Assembly (NCBI GenBank): GCA_965227515.1
Contig: CBDDFZ010000001.1
Span: forward strand, 3,360,001 to 3,424,000
From: Alphaproteobacteria bacterium
GTDB lineage: Bacteria; Pseudomonadota; Alphaproteobacteria; CALKHQ01
Direction: 5' to 3'
Length of the DNA stretch: 64,000 bases
How positions within the stretch are numbered: position 1 is the stretch's first letter; each line of letters starts with the position of its first letter. Below are positions 18,961-28,836 of this stretch, one piece after another. A model generated the notes under the pieces. That model ran no database searches and was not told where the DNA came from. It was given only the letters and a program-made list of their open reading frames with translations. The position numbers were made by a program, and so were the translations under genes.

Positions 18961-19959
18961 CTAGGGCGACTTGCCCACGGTGTCGGCCACGAACGCACCG
19001 CGCTCGCCGAACGGCTGGTCGCCGCCATCGGTGGAGTCGCGCGTCGTCTGGTGCTCCAGCTCGGAGTTCAGTTCCGCGCCGACCAGCACCACATAGGCCG
19101 ACAACCAGAACCACATCAGCAGAATGACCACGGCGCCCAGCGAGCCATAGGTCTCGTTGTAGCTGGCGAAGTTTCGCACATAGATGGAAAAGCCGACCGA
19201 CCCCACGATCCACAGCAGGGCGGCCAGTGCCGCGCCCCAACTCACCCATTGCCAGCGCGGCTTGGAACGGCTGGGCGCGAAGCGGAAGATGACGCCAAGC
19301 GACAGGATCACGACCGTCAGCAGGATCGGCCAGCGCAGCCAGGTGAGCAACTGCTCCGTCGATTCCGGCAGCAGCAGGTAGTTCAGAGCCACCGGAAGCA
19401 CCGCAATGACGGCCAGGGTCGCCAGGGTGCCGACAATGGCGCACACGGTCAGGACGAAATTGACCACTTGCAGGCGGAAGAAGCTGCGTTTCTCACGCTC
19501 GTTGTAGACGATGTTGAGCCCGCCGATCATCGCGCGCATGCCCTTGGTGGCGCTGTATAGCGCGAGCAACAGGCCGACGACCGCGGCCAGGGTGACGCCG
19601 CCCTGCGAGGACGCTGAGGTCAGGTCGCGCGCCTGCGAGCGGATGATGTCGGCCGCCTCCTCCGGCAACAGGGCGCTGATGTTGGCCAATTGCGCCTCGA
19701 CCTCGGCCGGATCGAACAGCAGCCCCCACAGCGCGATCAGCGCGGCAAGCGCGGGGAATAGGGCCAACAAGGCATAGAACGCGATGCCGGCGGCGATGAT
19801 GCCGAGATTGTCGTGGCCTATGGACTTCCAGGTCCGGATCAGCACATCGCGCCAGCCGGCCTTTGGCACGTCCCGCGGGCGTTGGGCCTGTCGCCCACGG
19901 TCCTCGGTCTCCTCGGCCAATTTCCGTGCATCCGCCGTCTGTTTGGTCTCGGTCCGCAA
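18961..19959 (-). CDS. YihY / virulence factor BrkB family membrane protein
   Basis: AAGIAFYALLALFP and YNETYGSLGAVVILLMWFWLSAYVVLVGAELN; start uncertain (TTG at 19959 after GGAGG). Confidence 0.85.
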   Translation of the reverse strand: MRTETKQTADARKLAEETEDRGRQAQRPRDVPKAGWRDVLIRTWKSIGHDNLGIIAAGIAFYALLALFPALAALIALWGLLFDPAEVEAQLANISALLPEEAADIIRSQARDLTSASSQGGVTLAAVVGLLLALYSATKGMRAMIGGLNIVYNEREKRSFFRLQVVNFVLTVCAIVGTLATLAVIAVLPVALNYLLLPESTEQLLTWLRWPILLTVVILSLGVIFRFAPSRSKPRWQWVSWGAALAALLWIVGSVGFSIYVRNFASYNETYGSLGAVVILLMWFWLSAYVVLVGAELNSELEHQTTRDSTDGGDQPFGERGAFVADTVGKSP

Positions 19960-20038
19960 GAATCGCCTCCATGCCGCGCACAGAATGTGCCCTCTACGGT
20001 CAACGCATGGAACGGCGTCTTGTTGCGTGTAGCTGCAT

Positions 20039-21292
20039 CTAGGCCGGGGTCGCGACCGCTGCCAATGCGCGGTCACGGGCCCGTTTCAACAGGAACAACG
20101 TGATCGCGATGTTCATGATGTTGAAGGCGATCGCGGCGACGAACGACATGGTGTAGTCGCCGGTCAGGTCAAACAGCTCGCCGCCCATCCAGCCGCCGAT
20201 GGCCATGCCGATGATGGTGAACAGGAGCGCCAGTCCGATACGCCACCCAGCCTCGCCGGCCGGGAAGAACGTCCGGATGATGATGGCGTAGGACGGTACG
20301 ATGCCGCCCTGGGCCAGGCCGAACGCGATGGAGACGATGTAGAACGAGGTCAGGCTGTCGGCGAACAGGAACATCGTCAGCACCGTCGCCTGCAGCGCGC
20401 CGCCCAGCAGCAATGTGCGCAGCCCGCCGATGCGGTCGGAAATCCAGCCCGACACCAGTCGGCTGACGATGCCGAAACCGAGCATCAGCGACAGCATCTC
20501 CGCACCCCGCGCGGCGGCGTGGCCAAGATCGGTCATGTAGGCGACGATGTGGACCTGGGGCACGGCCATGGCCGCGCAACAGCCGATGCCGGCGGCGCAG
20601 ATCGCGCATTGCAAGGCGCCCGGGCTGACCCCCAGACCCTGGCGCGGCGACGCGTACTCCACTTGCACGGCGCCGGGCCGCTGATTGGGCGGGCGGCGCC
20701 AGAACAACAGGCCGACCAGGGGGATCGCGATCAGCACGAAGATGCCGACGTCGTAGAAGGCATCGCGCCAGCCGCCGTCGTCGATCATGTCCTGGACGAT
20801 GGGCGGCCACACCGCCCCGCCGACATAGGACCCGCTGATGACGAAGCCGACCGCCAGCCCCCGCCGTCGGGTGAACCAGTGCGAGGAATCGGCCACTACC
20901 GGCGCGAACGTGGCGGACGCGCCGCAGAACCCGCACAACAGGCCGACGGCGGCGGCGTACTCCCACAGCGAGGTCGCGCCCGACGCCACCACGAACCCGG
21001 CCGCCAGCCCGACCGCGCCGATGACGAGCGGCACCAGGATGCCGATCTTGTCGGCCATCCGGCCGAAGACGATGCCGCCGACGCCGAAGCCGAGCATGAA
21101 CAGAGTGTAGGTGAACGAAGCCGTGCCCCGGCTGACGTCGAACGTCGCCGCCACCGGCTTGATGGCGACGATGGTGGCGTACATGCCGGCCCCGCCGATG
21201 GTCATCGCCGCCAGTGCGGCGACGATGCGCACAATCGGGTAGACGGGTATGGGTTCGTTGCGGTTCAGCGGTTGCATCGGCGCATGTGACAT
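20039..21292 (-). CDS. MFS transporter (OFA/MCT-like)
   Basis: About 12 TM segments; GRMADKIG, WFTRRRGLAVG and GWISDRIG motifs. Confidence 0.88.
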   Translation of the reverse strand: MSHAPMQPLNRNEPIPVYPIVRIVAALAAMTIGGAGMYATIVAIKPVAATFDVSRGTASFTYTLFMLGFGVGGIVFGRMADKIGILVPLVIGAVGLAAGFVVASGATSLWEYAAAVGLLCGFCGASATFAPVVADSSHWFTRRRGLAVGFVISGSYVGGAVWPPIVQDMIDDGGWRDAFYDVGIFVLIAIPLVGLLFWRRPPNQRPGAVQVEYASPRQGLGVSPGALQCAICAAGIGCCAAMAVPQVHIVAYMTDLGHAAARGAEMLSLMLGFGIVSRLVSGWISDRIGGLRTLLLGGALQATVLTMFLFADSLTSFYIVSIAFGLAQGGIVPSYAIIIRTFFPAGEAGWRIGLALLFTIIGMAIGGWMGGELFDLTGDYTMSFVAAIAFNIMNIAITLFLLKRARDRALAAVATPA

Positions 21293-21366
21293 GGCGCCGA
21301 CTGCCTACGCAATGTGCAACTTTGGCAGCCCTGCCGAATCTGCGGCGCCGGTCAGGCGGGCGACAC

Positions 21367-21807
21367 TCAAGCAGGCGACGGGCGCATCCTGCCGATCATC
21401 TCCACGACCAGCATCCCGGCCGCCATGGCTGCCAGGAATATCAGCACCTGCGTGCCGCCCAGCGTGATGGCGGAGATCGCCGGTCCGGGGCACAGCCCGA
21501 CCAAGCCCCAGCCGATGCCGAACAACAAGGCACCGCCCATCAGCCGGCCGTCGATGTCGCGCTTGGTCGGCAGATGGAACTGGGCCGCGAGCACCGGTGC
21601 CGGGCGCGCGTGGACGACCCTATAGCCGACCGCCGCCACCACCAGCGCAGCACCCATCACGAACGCCAGCGACGGGTCCCAATTGCCGAAGATGTCCAGG
21701 AAAGACAGCACCTTGGCCGGGTTGACCATCTGCGAGACGGTGAGGCCGACACCGAAGATCAGGCCGGCCACCAGGCCGACCAGCGCGCCCAAGTAGGTCT
21801 GTCTCAC
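21367..21807 (-). CDS. YeeE/YedE family sulfur-compound transporter subunit
   Basis: MVNPAKVLSFLD, WDPSLAFVM and GWGLVGLCPGP motifs. Confidence 0.85.
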   Translation of the reverse strand: MRQTYLGALVGLVAGLIFGVGLTVSQMVNPAKVLSFLDIFGNWDPSLAFVMGAALVVAAVGYRVVHARPAPVLAAQFHLPTKRDIDGRLMGGALLFGIGWGLVGLCPGPAISAITLGGTQVLIFLAAMAAGMLVVEMIGRMRPSPA

Positions 21808-22235
21808 ATCAGCCCCCTGATCACGGCAACGGTGGCGATGCCCGCGACCATGAACGCCATGGTGGCGGCGATGGAGCGTGGGGAGAAGCGGGCGATGCCG
21901 CAGACGCCATGGCCGCTGGTGCAGCCTCCGCCCAGTCGGGTGCCGATACCGACCAGCAGACCGCCCGCCACCAGCAAACCGACATTGTCCTGGATGGCGA
22001 ACGGGATCGGGTCGGCCAGGAACAGGCCGTAGACGACCGGGCCCGCGACCAGGCCGACAACGAACAGGATGCGCCAGATCCGGTCGGTGCCATCGGCGAA
22101 CGCCATGCCCGCGAAAATACCGCTGATGCCGGCGACCCGGCCGTTCAGCGCCATCAGCATCACGGCGGACAATCCAATCAGCGCACCGCCGATCGCCGCC
22201 GACAAGGGTGTGAAGTTCTCCACTTCCATCTCCAT
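21804..22235 (-). CDS. YeeE/YedE family sulfur-compound transporter subunit
   Basis: GRVAGISG and GGGCTSGHGVCG motifs; start among 22223, 22229 and 22235. Confidence 0.85.
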   Translation of the reverse strand: MEMEVENFTPLSAAIGGALIGLSAVMLMALNGRVAGISGIFAGMAFADGTDRIWRILFVVGLVAGPVVYGLFLADPIPFAIQDNVGLLVAGGLLVGIGTRLGGGCTSGHGVCGIARFSPRSIAATMAFMVAGIATVAVIRGLM

Positions 22236-22431
22236 ACAAGGGCCCCCGGACGGCGCGCATAGACCGCTCGCCCGGGCAGATCTTGACCACAGCATATGCG
22301 CAGCGGTTTGCAAGTCTTTGTAACCTAGGTCACACTTCTGCGGCGCGGTCGGCCGCAACGTCATGGCCACCGCAATAACGGTGCGTCCCCTGACAACGAA
22401 AGCACCGAGGCACCGATCGGAGGAGAAGTTC

Positions 22432-23652
22432 ATGCGCAGATCGATTACGGGCATCGCGCTGTTCGCGGGCATGGCGTTTGGCGCCGCCCAGGCCCAGGCG
22501 GAATCGACCGTCCGCTTTTGGTACCACTTCGACAACCCGGACAACCCGATGACCGATCTGGTCGCGGAGTTCGAGGCGGCCCATCCCGACATCACGATCG
22601 AGGCCGAGAACATTCCGTGGAACAGCTATTACGACAATCTCTACAACGCGATCATCGCCGGCGACGCGCCGGACGCCGCGATGGTGAAGATGTTCGCGCA
22701 GCCCCGCCTGATCGAGATGGGCGCGCTGGAGCCGATCGGCGACCGGATCGACGGTTGGGCCGGCAAGGACGACATCCCCAATGACCTGTTCACGCTGACC
22801 CAGTCGGCGGACGGCGGCAGCTACTACCTGCCGGTGCAGTACGTGGTGCTCTATCTCTACTACCGCGTCGATATGTTCGAGGAACTGGGCCTTGCGCCGC
22901 CCACGACCTGTGACGAGTTCCGGGCCGCCGCCCAGGCGCTGACCCGCGACACCGATGGCGACGGGCGCACCGACGTCTATGGTTTCGGCTTCCGTGGCGG
23001 CCGCGGCGGCCACGACCATTGGGCGAGCCTGGTGCTGTCGCGCGACGGCGTCGGCTTCGGGCCGGGCGAGATGACCAATGATGCGGCCGTCGCCGGCACC
23101 CAGTTCGTGGTCGACCTGTTCCGCGAGGATGGTGTTTTCCCGCCGTCCGCGCCCAATGACGGCTTCCAGGAGATTATCGGTGCCTTCCAGGCCGGCGTGA
23201 CCGCGATGACCATTCACCACATCGGCTCGTCGGCCGGCATGGTCGAAGCGCTGGGCGACAACGTGTCGGCGGTGCCGGTGCCGGAATGTGGCGGCGGCCA
23301 CTGGACGGCGTTCGGCGACGAGTCGACGGCGGTGCTGTCCTCGGCTTCCGACAAGGACGCGGCCTGGGAGTGGATCGCCTTCCTGTCCTCCGCCGGCGCC
23401 AACGCCAGGTTCAACGAGGCCACCGGCCAGCTTCCGGTCACCAAGACCGACAGCGACGCCTGGGACCTGCACGAGACCCGGTTCGTGGAGGCGACCGTCG
23501 CCTCTCTGCCCTATGCACGGCTGCTGCCGAACGTGTCGCAGACTTCGGACTTCGTCAGCACCGCATGGCCGGTGAACATGCAACGCGCGCTGACCGGCGA
23601 GATCACGGCCGCCGAAATGAATGCGGAGATCGACGCGCTGTATAACGAGTAG
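22432..23652 (+). CDS. Carbohydrate ABC (CUT1) substrate-binding protein
   Basis: Signal peptide; AGDAPD, YYRVDMFEELGL and PPTT motifs; GGAGGAG RBS. Confidence 0.9.
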   Translation: MRRSITGIALFAGMAFGAAQAQAESTVRFWYHFDNPDNPMTDLVAEFEAAHPDITIEAENIPWNSYYDNLYNAIIAGDAPDAAMVKMFAQPRLIEMGALEPIGDRIDGWAGKDDIPNDLFTLTQSADGGSYYLPVQYVVLYLYYRVDMFEELGLAPPTTCDEFRAAAQALTRDTDGDGRTDVYGFGFRGGRGGHDHWASLVLSRDGVGFGPGEMTNDAAVAGTQFVVDLFREDGVFPPSAPNDGFQEIIGAFQAGVTAMTIHHIGSSAGMVEALGDNVSAVPVPECGGGHWTAFGDESTAVLSSASDKDAAWEWIAFLSSAGANARFNEATGQLPVTKTDSDAWDLHETRFVEATVASLPYARLLPNVSQTSDFVSTAWPVNMQRALTGEITAAEMNAEIDALYNE

Positions 23653-23666
23653 CGCCAAGTCCATCC

Positions 23667-23846
23667 TGTCGCCCTCGCCCTTGTGGCGAGGGCCCATTCC
23701 GTTCGCGGTCTCGTTCGGCGTTACTCTGCATGTGCGCAGATGATCGCGGGCGCTGTGTAATGCGCGCCTCGACCTGTCAAATATCCCTCGCAGCTGATTG
23801 GCGTATCGGCCAAAAATGGGTCCTCGCCACAAGGGCGAGGACGACA
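23667..23846. repeat. Inverted-repeat element, long subfamily
   Basis: TGTCGCCCTCGCCCTTGTGGCGAGGGCCCATT ... AATGGGTCCTCGCCACAAGGGCGAGGACGACA. Confidence 0.9.
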
Positions 23847-23860
23847 ATGAAGTGATTCAG

Positions 23861-24787
23861 ATGGCGGAAACGACCCACATCTACGTGAAGCCGCCAACTG
23901 CATCGACCCGTCCCCCGCTCGGGCAGATCGTGCTGCCGTATGCGCTGTTGTCGCCGGCGGTGCTGGTGACGCTCACCATCGTGTTCCTGCCGATGTTGCA
24001 GGCCGGGTGGATGAGCCTGCACGACTATGTGCTGTTTCGGCCCAACGACATCGACTTCGTCTGGTTCGACAACTTCATCGCCGCCCTGGGCGACGAGGTG
24101 TTCTGGATCTCGGCATGGCACACGCTGATCTGGATCGGCCTTACGGTGCCGCTGCAGATGCTGCTGGGGCTGGCAACCGCGCTGCTGCTGAACCAGCGCT
24201 TCTGGTGGCGGCCGATCGCCCGCGCCCTGGTGATCATCCCGTGGGCGCTGCCCAGCGTGGTCATCGCGCTGATGTGGACCTGGCTTTATGACGCCAATTA
24301 CGGCGTGCTGAACGAGTTCCTGCTGCGGTTCGACCTGGTGCAGGACACGGTGCCCTGGCTGGCCGACCCGGACACCGCGCTCTATGCCATCGTGCTGACG
24401 CTCACCTGGCAGGGCTTCCCGTTCTTCGCGGTGATGATCTTGGCCGGGCTCCAGTCCATTCCCGCCACATATTACGAGGCCGCGGCCATCGACGGTGCTG
24501 GGCCGTGGCGGAAGTTCTGGCACATCACCCTGCCCGGCATCTCCGGCGTGCTGATGACGGCGGTGCTGCTGCGGGTGATCTGGGTCGCCAACTCCATCGA
24601 CGTCATCTTCGTGATGACCGAAGGCGGCCCCGGCTACGCCACCTACACGCTGCCGCTCTATGCCTTCATCAAGGCGCGCGCCAACCAGGACTACGGCTAC
24701 GGCTCCGCGCTGGCGGTGATGTTCACCCTGCTGCTGATCGCCTTCGTGGTGCTCTATCTGCGCCGTGCCGGGCGGTCGATACGATGA
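23861..24787 (+). CDS. Carbohydrate ABC permease (MalF/UgpA-like)
   Basis: LAGLQSIP and YYEAAAIDGA motifs. Confidence 0.9.
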   Translation: MAETTHIYVKPPTASTRPPLGQIVLPYALLSPAVLVTLTIVFLPMLQAGWMSLHDYVLFRPNDIDFVWFDNFIAALGDEVFWISAWHTLIWIGLTVPLQMLLGLATALLLNQRFWWRPIARALVIIPWALPSVVIALMWTWLYDANYGVLNEFLLRFDLVQDTVPWLADPDTALYAIVLTLTWQGFPFFAVMILAGLQSIPATYYEAAAIDGAGPWRKFWHITLPGISGVLMTAVLLRVIWVANSIDVIFVMTEGGPGYATYTLPLYAFIKARANQDYGYGSALAVMFTLLLIAFVVLYLRRAGRSIR

Positions 24788-25617
24788 TGCATCGCCCGAG
24801 CGCCATGGCCCTGCGGCTGGTGACCATTCACCTGCCGATGCTGCTGATCCTCGGCTTCACCCTGGGGCCGTACCTGTGGATGGCGCTGACCTCGATCACC
24901 CCGAAGCAGCAGCTGTTCACCGCGGGGCCGTCGCTGATCGGCGCCACGCTGGAGCACTACGACCGGCTGTTCCGCACCGTGGGGTTCGAGGTCAACCTGA
25001 TGCACAGCGCCATCATCGCCGGCGGCACCGTGGTGGTCGGCCTGACGCTGAGCGTGACAGCGGCCTACGCCTTCTCGCGGTTCCGGTTCCCGGGGCGGCG
25101 CCTGCTGCTGTTGCAGTTCCTGCTGATCAATATGTTCCCGCTGGTACTGTTGATCCTGCCGTTGTTCGTGCTGATGCGCACGCTGGACCTTAACGGCACC
25201 CATGTCGGCCTGATCATCGCCAACGCGACCATCGCCATCCCGTTCTCGGTGTGGATGATGACAAGCTATATCAACAACATACCGACCGATCTTGATGAAG
25301 CGGCGATGACCGACGGCTGCACCCGGCTGGGCGCGCTGAGGCGGGTGATCCTGCCGCTCGCCATGCCCGGCATCGTCGCCACCGGCATCTACATCTTCAT
25401 CACCGCCTGGAACGAGTACCTCTATGCGCTGACCCTCGGCAGCTCCAACGTGCGGCCGATCACCGTCGCGATCCAGACCCTGGTCGGCGAATACAGCATC
25501 GAATGGGGGCTGCTGTCGGCCGGCGGCATCGTCGGCGCGATGCCGGCGACCGTGCTGTTCCTGCTGATCCAGAAGCGGTTGATCTCCGGCCTCACCCAGG
25601 GCGCGGTGAAGGGTTAG
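24784..25617 (+). CDS. Carbohydrate ABC permease (MalG/UgpE-like)
   Basis: [16 protein letters not shown] and GLTQGAVKG motifs. Confidence 0.9.
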   Translation: MMHRPSAMALRLVTIHLPMLLILGFTLGPYLWMALTSITPKQQLFTAGPSLIGATLEHYDRLFRTVGFEVNLMHSAIIAGGTVVVGLTLSVTAAYAFSRFRFPGRRLLLLQFLLINMFPLVLLILPLFVLMRTLDLNGTHVGLIIANATIAIPFSVWMMTSYINNIPTDLDEAAMTDGCTRLGALRRVILPLAMPGIVATGIYIFITAWNEYLYALTLGSSNVRPITVAIQTLVGEYSIEWGLLSAGGIVGAMPATVLFLLIQKRLISGLTQGAVKG

Positions 25618-25632
25618 ATTCGGAGTAGAAGG

Positions 25633-26007
25633 GTGCCTGATCCATCCAACGCGGCTGTCGAGCGCGCCCGTTTGCTTCGCCGCCAAGCCACGGACGCCGA
25701 GCGCCTGCTGTGGCGTCATCTGCGAAACCGCGGGGTGGCCAAAGCCAAATTCCGGCGCCAGGTTCCCATCGCCGGAATTACGGTGGACTTCGCCGATATT
25801 GAGCACCGCATCGCTGTCGAGGTGGATGGCGGACAGCATGCCAAGCGCAATCGGCAGGATCAGGTGCGCGACACCCTGCTGCGGGACCGTGGTTTCCTGG
25901 TGCTGCGGTTCTGGAACAACGAGGTGCTGGCCAATATTGAAGGCGTCACACGCCGGATTGCCGAGGCTGTGGAGCGCAGAGAAGGCCCCTCACCCTCCCA
26001 GACCTGA
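25633..26007 (+). CDS. DUF559 / Vsr-like PD-(D/E)xK endonuclease-domain protein
   Basis: TDAERLLWRHLR, KFRRQVPI, VDF, VEVDGGQH and VLRFWNNEV motifs. Confidence 0.88.
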   Translation: MPDPSNAAVERARLLRRQATDAERLLWRHLRNRGVAKAKFRRQVPIAGITVDFADIEHRIAVEVDGGQHAKRNRQDQVRDTLLRDRGFLVLRFWNNEVLANIEGVTRRIAEAVERREGPSPSQT

Positions 26008-26126
26008 CAGGTCTGGGTCCCTCCCTCTCCCACAGGGAGAGGGATATTGATGGCGCGCCGGATACCCCTCTCCCTGTGGGAGAGGGAGGGGCCCGGCCGG
26101 CACAAGCCGGACGGGAGGGTGAGGGG
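25986..26126. repeat. Nested palindromic element overlapping the DUF559 stop codon
   Basis: CCCCTCACCCTCCC ... CCCTCTCCCACAGGGAGAGGG ... CCCTCTCCCTGTGGGAGAGGG ... GGGAGGGTGAGGGG. Confidence 0.85.
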
Positions 26127-26133
26127 AAATCCC

Positions 26134-27432
26134 TCAGTCCGGCAGGAAGTCCTTCAGGTCGACGTCGGCCAGGTTCTTCGGCATCGCGCGTTCGAAGACG
26201 GCGCGGTTCTCCGGCTGGGTCAGCGGCGGCATGGTGGAGTCCACGAACCACTTGGTGACCGCACGGCTCTGCCCCTCGCCCGCTTTGTCGGCCGATGTCG
26301 CGGCCATGCCGGCGATGGTGCCGACATCAACTTCGCCGTGCAGGCGGCTTGCCGTCGACCAGATCACGTCGCGCAGATCGTGGACGTTGATGTCCTCGTC
26401 GACGCCGAACGCCACGTCCGGGCCGAGATTGGTGGACGCCAGTGCCGCCATCAGGGCGGTCTTCGACTGGCCGCCGATGCGGGGCCGGATTTTGCAGGCC
26501 GCCAGCCGGTTACCCGTCTCCGGGTAGACCACGACATCGAGCACATCGACGCCGCCCTCGACCATGCCGATGTGGCGGTGAAGCGCAATTTCCATCGCTA
26601 GGGCCTCGACGGACAGCAATTCGCGCGACCGGTCGGCACCGCCAAACAGGTGAAGAACCTGCGCCTCTCGGGCGCACGCGCCATGGATGGTCAGGATGGC
26701 ACGGGCGCCGTCGTCCGCAGCCGACAACACGCCATAGGCCGCCGCCTCGGCATCGGCCGGTATGGGCGGTGCGTCGTTGGACGGCACCACGCACGCCAGG
26801 CCCTCGCCGTCCAGACCACCTGCCATCGCATAAGCATCGCCGCTGATGGCCCCCGCCAATCCACCGGCCAGCAGCGCCGCCGGTGGTGCGCCCAGAACGA
26901 ACGCTGCCGGACGGCCATCGGCCACAGCGGCGGCAACCGCCTTGCGGGCGCGCCAGGGGATCGGTCCAAGGCGCACGCCGTCGCCGCCCACGCTCTCGAT
27001 GGTTGTCAGCGCCAATGCCGGCGCCTCACTGCCGGAGCCGGCAATAACCAGCAGTCCGGCCATGCCCGCAGGCATCGGTTCGAGCGGCCGCTCGCTGCGG
27101 CGCGCCGCAACAGGTGCATCGGCCGCGGCCACGGTCACGGGCTCATGCAGGCTGGCCAGTCGCTCGGCCAGTTCCCCCGGCAGGCCATCCGCCTGACCGC
27201 CCAGCGCCGCCGCCAATCGCGCGCGACCCGCATAGACGTTGGCCAGGGCCGTCCCCTGCCCCGCCACATCGCCGAAGCGGGCGGCCTTGTCCATGCGGTG
27301 GTCGATAGCCGCGCCCACCTGCGCGGCTTCGCTGAGATCCGCCACCGGTTTGCGGACCTCGGCCAGCAGCTCGGCGGCATCCAGCCGCTCGGCCGCCGCG
27401 CGCAGGTCCTTGGCCGTGCCGTCGCCCGCCAT
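26134..27432 (-). CDS. UbiD-family paralog, apparently lacking the catalytic motif
   Basis: UbiD-like N-terminus (ANVYAGRARLAAALG) and C-terminus (GVDEDINVHDLRDVIW...TKWFVDST); no EGPFGE segment; TGATG coupling to the upstream gene. Confidence 0.75.
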   Translation of the reverse strand: MAGDGTAKDLRAAAERLDAAELLAEVRKPVADLSEAAQVGAAIDHRMDKAARFGDVAGQGTALANVYAGRARLAAALGGQADGLPGELAERLASLHEPVTVAAADAPVAARRSERPLEPMPAGMAGLLVIAGSGSEAPALALTTIESVGGDGVRLGPIPWRARKAVAAAVADGRPAAFVLGAPPAALLAGGLAGAISGDAYAMAGGLDGEGLACVVPSNDAPPIPADAEAAAYGVLSAADDGARAILTIHGACAREAQVLHLFGGADRSRELLSVEALAMEIALHRHIGMVEGGVDVLDVVVYPETGNRLAACKIRPRIGGQSKTALMAALASTNLGPDVAFGVDEDINVHDLRDVIWSTASRLHGEVDVGTIAGMAATSADKAGEGQSRAVTKWFVDSTMPPLTQPENRAVFERAMPKNLADVDLKDFLPD

Positions 27433-28826
27433 CACAGATACGCCGCCAGGTCGATTTGATCGGCATCGGCCCCGAATGGATAACCGGTCAACTGGTCCGC
27501 GCCGGCCTCCGCCGGCAATGTCGCGTCGATCATCACCTTGGTGCCCATACGGTACATGGCACTCTTGCCCGGCTCGATGGGCGACGCGTTGTCGAGCGTG
27601 AAGGTCCGTGCGGCGTTGACCTTCTGGATGTCGGTCGCCGCGTCGACCCGGTTGGCCAGCGACCAGAACACTTGGCGCGGGTCCGACGCATCGATATCCA
27701 TGTCCACCGCCACCGCGATCTTGGGATGGAGATAGGGGCTGGAGAGTGCTGCCGTCAGCGCGGTCATCGCCTGCCCCGCCATCTGGGGCCGGAGCTTGAT
27801 GACCACCATCATCGGCGACATCGTGGCGAGGCAACGCACGTCGCCGAGGTCCAGGCCGCCGCACACATCCTGCAGATGGCGCCACAGCCGCATCTCGATG
27901 GTGGCGCAGATGATGGAATGGGTGTCGCTGGGCGGCAGGCCGCACTGCATGGCGTAGAAAATCGGGTCGGCGCGCCGGGTCACCGCCTTCACCCGGAACA
28001 ACGGTGTCGAGCCCTCCTGGGCATAGGTCCCGGTCACCTCGCCGAACGGTCCCTCCGGCGTGCGCTCGCCAGGGTGCAACTCGCCCTCCAGCACCAGTTC
28101 GGCCTCCGCCGGCACTTCCATGTCGATGGTCTCGCAGCGGACCATGCGGATCGGGTCGTCCAGCAGGCCGCCGGCAATGTAGAGCTCGTCCTGGCCGTAG
28201 GGTGCGACGTAGCCGGCCGCGAACATGATCAGCGGGTTGCCGCCGATCACCATCGCCGCTTCCATCGGCCGGCTCAATTCCTCGTAACGCTGATAGATCT
28301 TCAGCGCCTGGCGCGGGCAGATCAAATAGCCTGTGGTGTCCTGCGAGACGATCTGGGCGCGATGGACCGACATATTGCGGATCCCGGTGTCCGGGTCCTT
28401 GATGATGCACATGCCGGACGCGATGTAGCGGCCCGGATCGCGCGACGAAGTCCACATTGCCGGGATCTGCGTCAGGTCGACCTCGTCCCCGATCTGGATG
28501 ACCTGCTTGACCGGCGCGTCGCTTGGTTCGACATCGACGGGCGGCAGCGGGTTGGCGATGCGGCGCTCCAGTGTCGCCACCACGTCGTCCTCCGGCACGC
28601 CCAGCGCCACGCCCCACTTGCGCCGGTTGGCGACGATCTGGCTGGCGACCCGCCAGTCGCGATGGCCTTTCACGTTCTCGAACAGGCAGCTTTGGCCGCG
28701 CTCCGCGAAGGTCTTCCAGCTCACCGCCGACAGGTTGTTGTCGGGGTCGATCTCGGCGCCGACGCGCGTCAACTCCCCCGCACGCTCCAGGGCGTCGAGA
28801 TGGCCGCGAAGAGACTGATCCGTCAT
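27432..28826 (-). CDS. UbiD-family prFMN-dependent (de)carboxylase
   Basis: NMSVHRAQ, VPAEAELVLEG, PEGPFGEVTGTY, VDMDID and KVMIDAT motifs. Confidence 0.92.
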   Translation of the reverse strand: MTDQSLRGHLDALERAGELTRVGAEIDPDNNLSAVSWKTFAERGQSCLFENVKGHRDWRVASQIVANRRKWGVALGVPEDDVVATLERRIANPLPPVDVEPSDAPVKQVIQIGDEVDLTQIPAMWTSSRDPGRYIASGMCIIKDPDTGIRNMSVHRAQIVSQDTTGYLICPRQALKIYQRYEELSRPMEAAMVIGGNPLIMFAAGYVAPYGQDELYIAGGLLDDPIRMVRCETIDMEVPAEAELVLEGELHPGERTPEGPFGEVTGTYAQEGSTPLFRVKAVTRRADPIFYAMQCGLPPSDTHSIICATIEMRLWRHLQDVCGGLDLGDVRCLATMSPMMVVIKLRPQMAGQAMTALTAALSSPYLHPKIAVAVDMDIDASDPRQVFWSLANRVDAATDIQKVNAARTFTLDNASPIEPGKSAMYRMGTKVMIDATLPAEAGADQLTGYPFGADADQIDLAAYL

Positions 28827-28836
28827 GACTGCTCGG

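Noticed and set aside
18917-19444. Long N-terminal extension of the AKR ORF (likewise for the kinase, LLM, TRAP and SBP ORFs)
   Set aside because: The extensions overlap neighbouring genes or promoters; downstream starts give family-typical lengths.
26134-28617. 827-aa ORF suggesting a UbiD-UbiD fusion or a programmed frameshift
   Set aside because: The first 395 codons are an off-frame reading of the intact UbiD gene and look non-protein-like. The TGATG junction at 27430-27434 indicates ordinary translational coupling, and I saw no slippery site.
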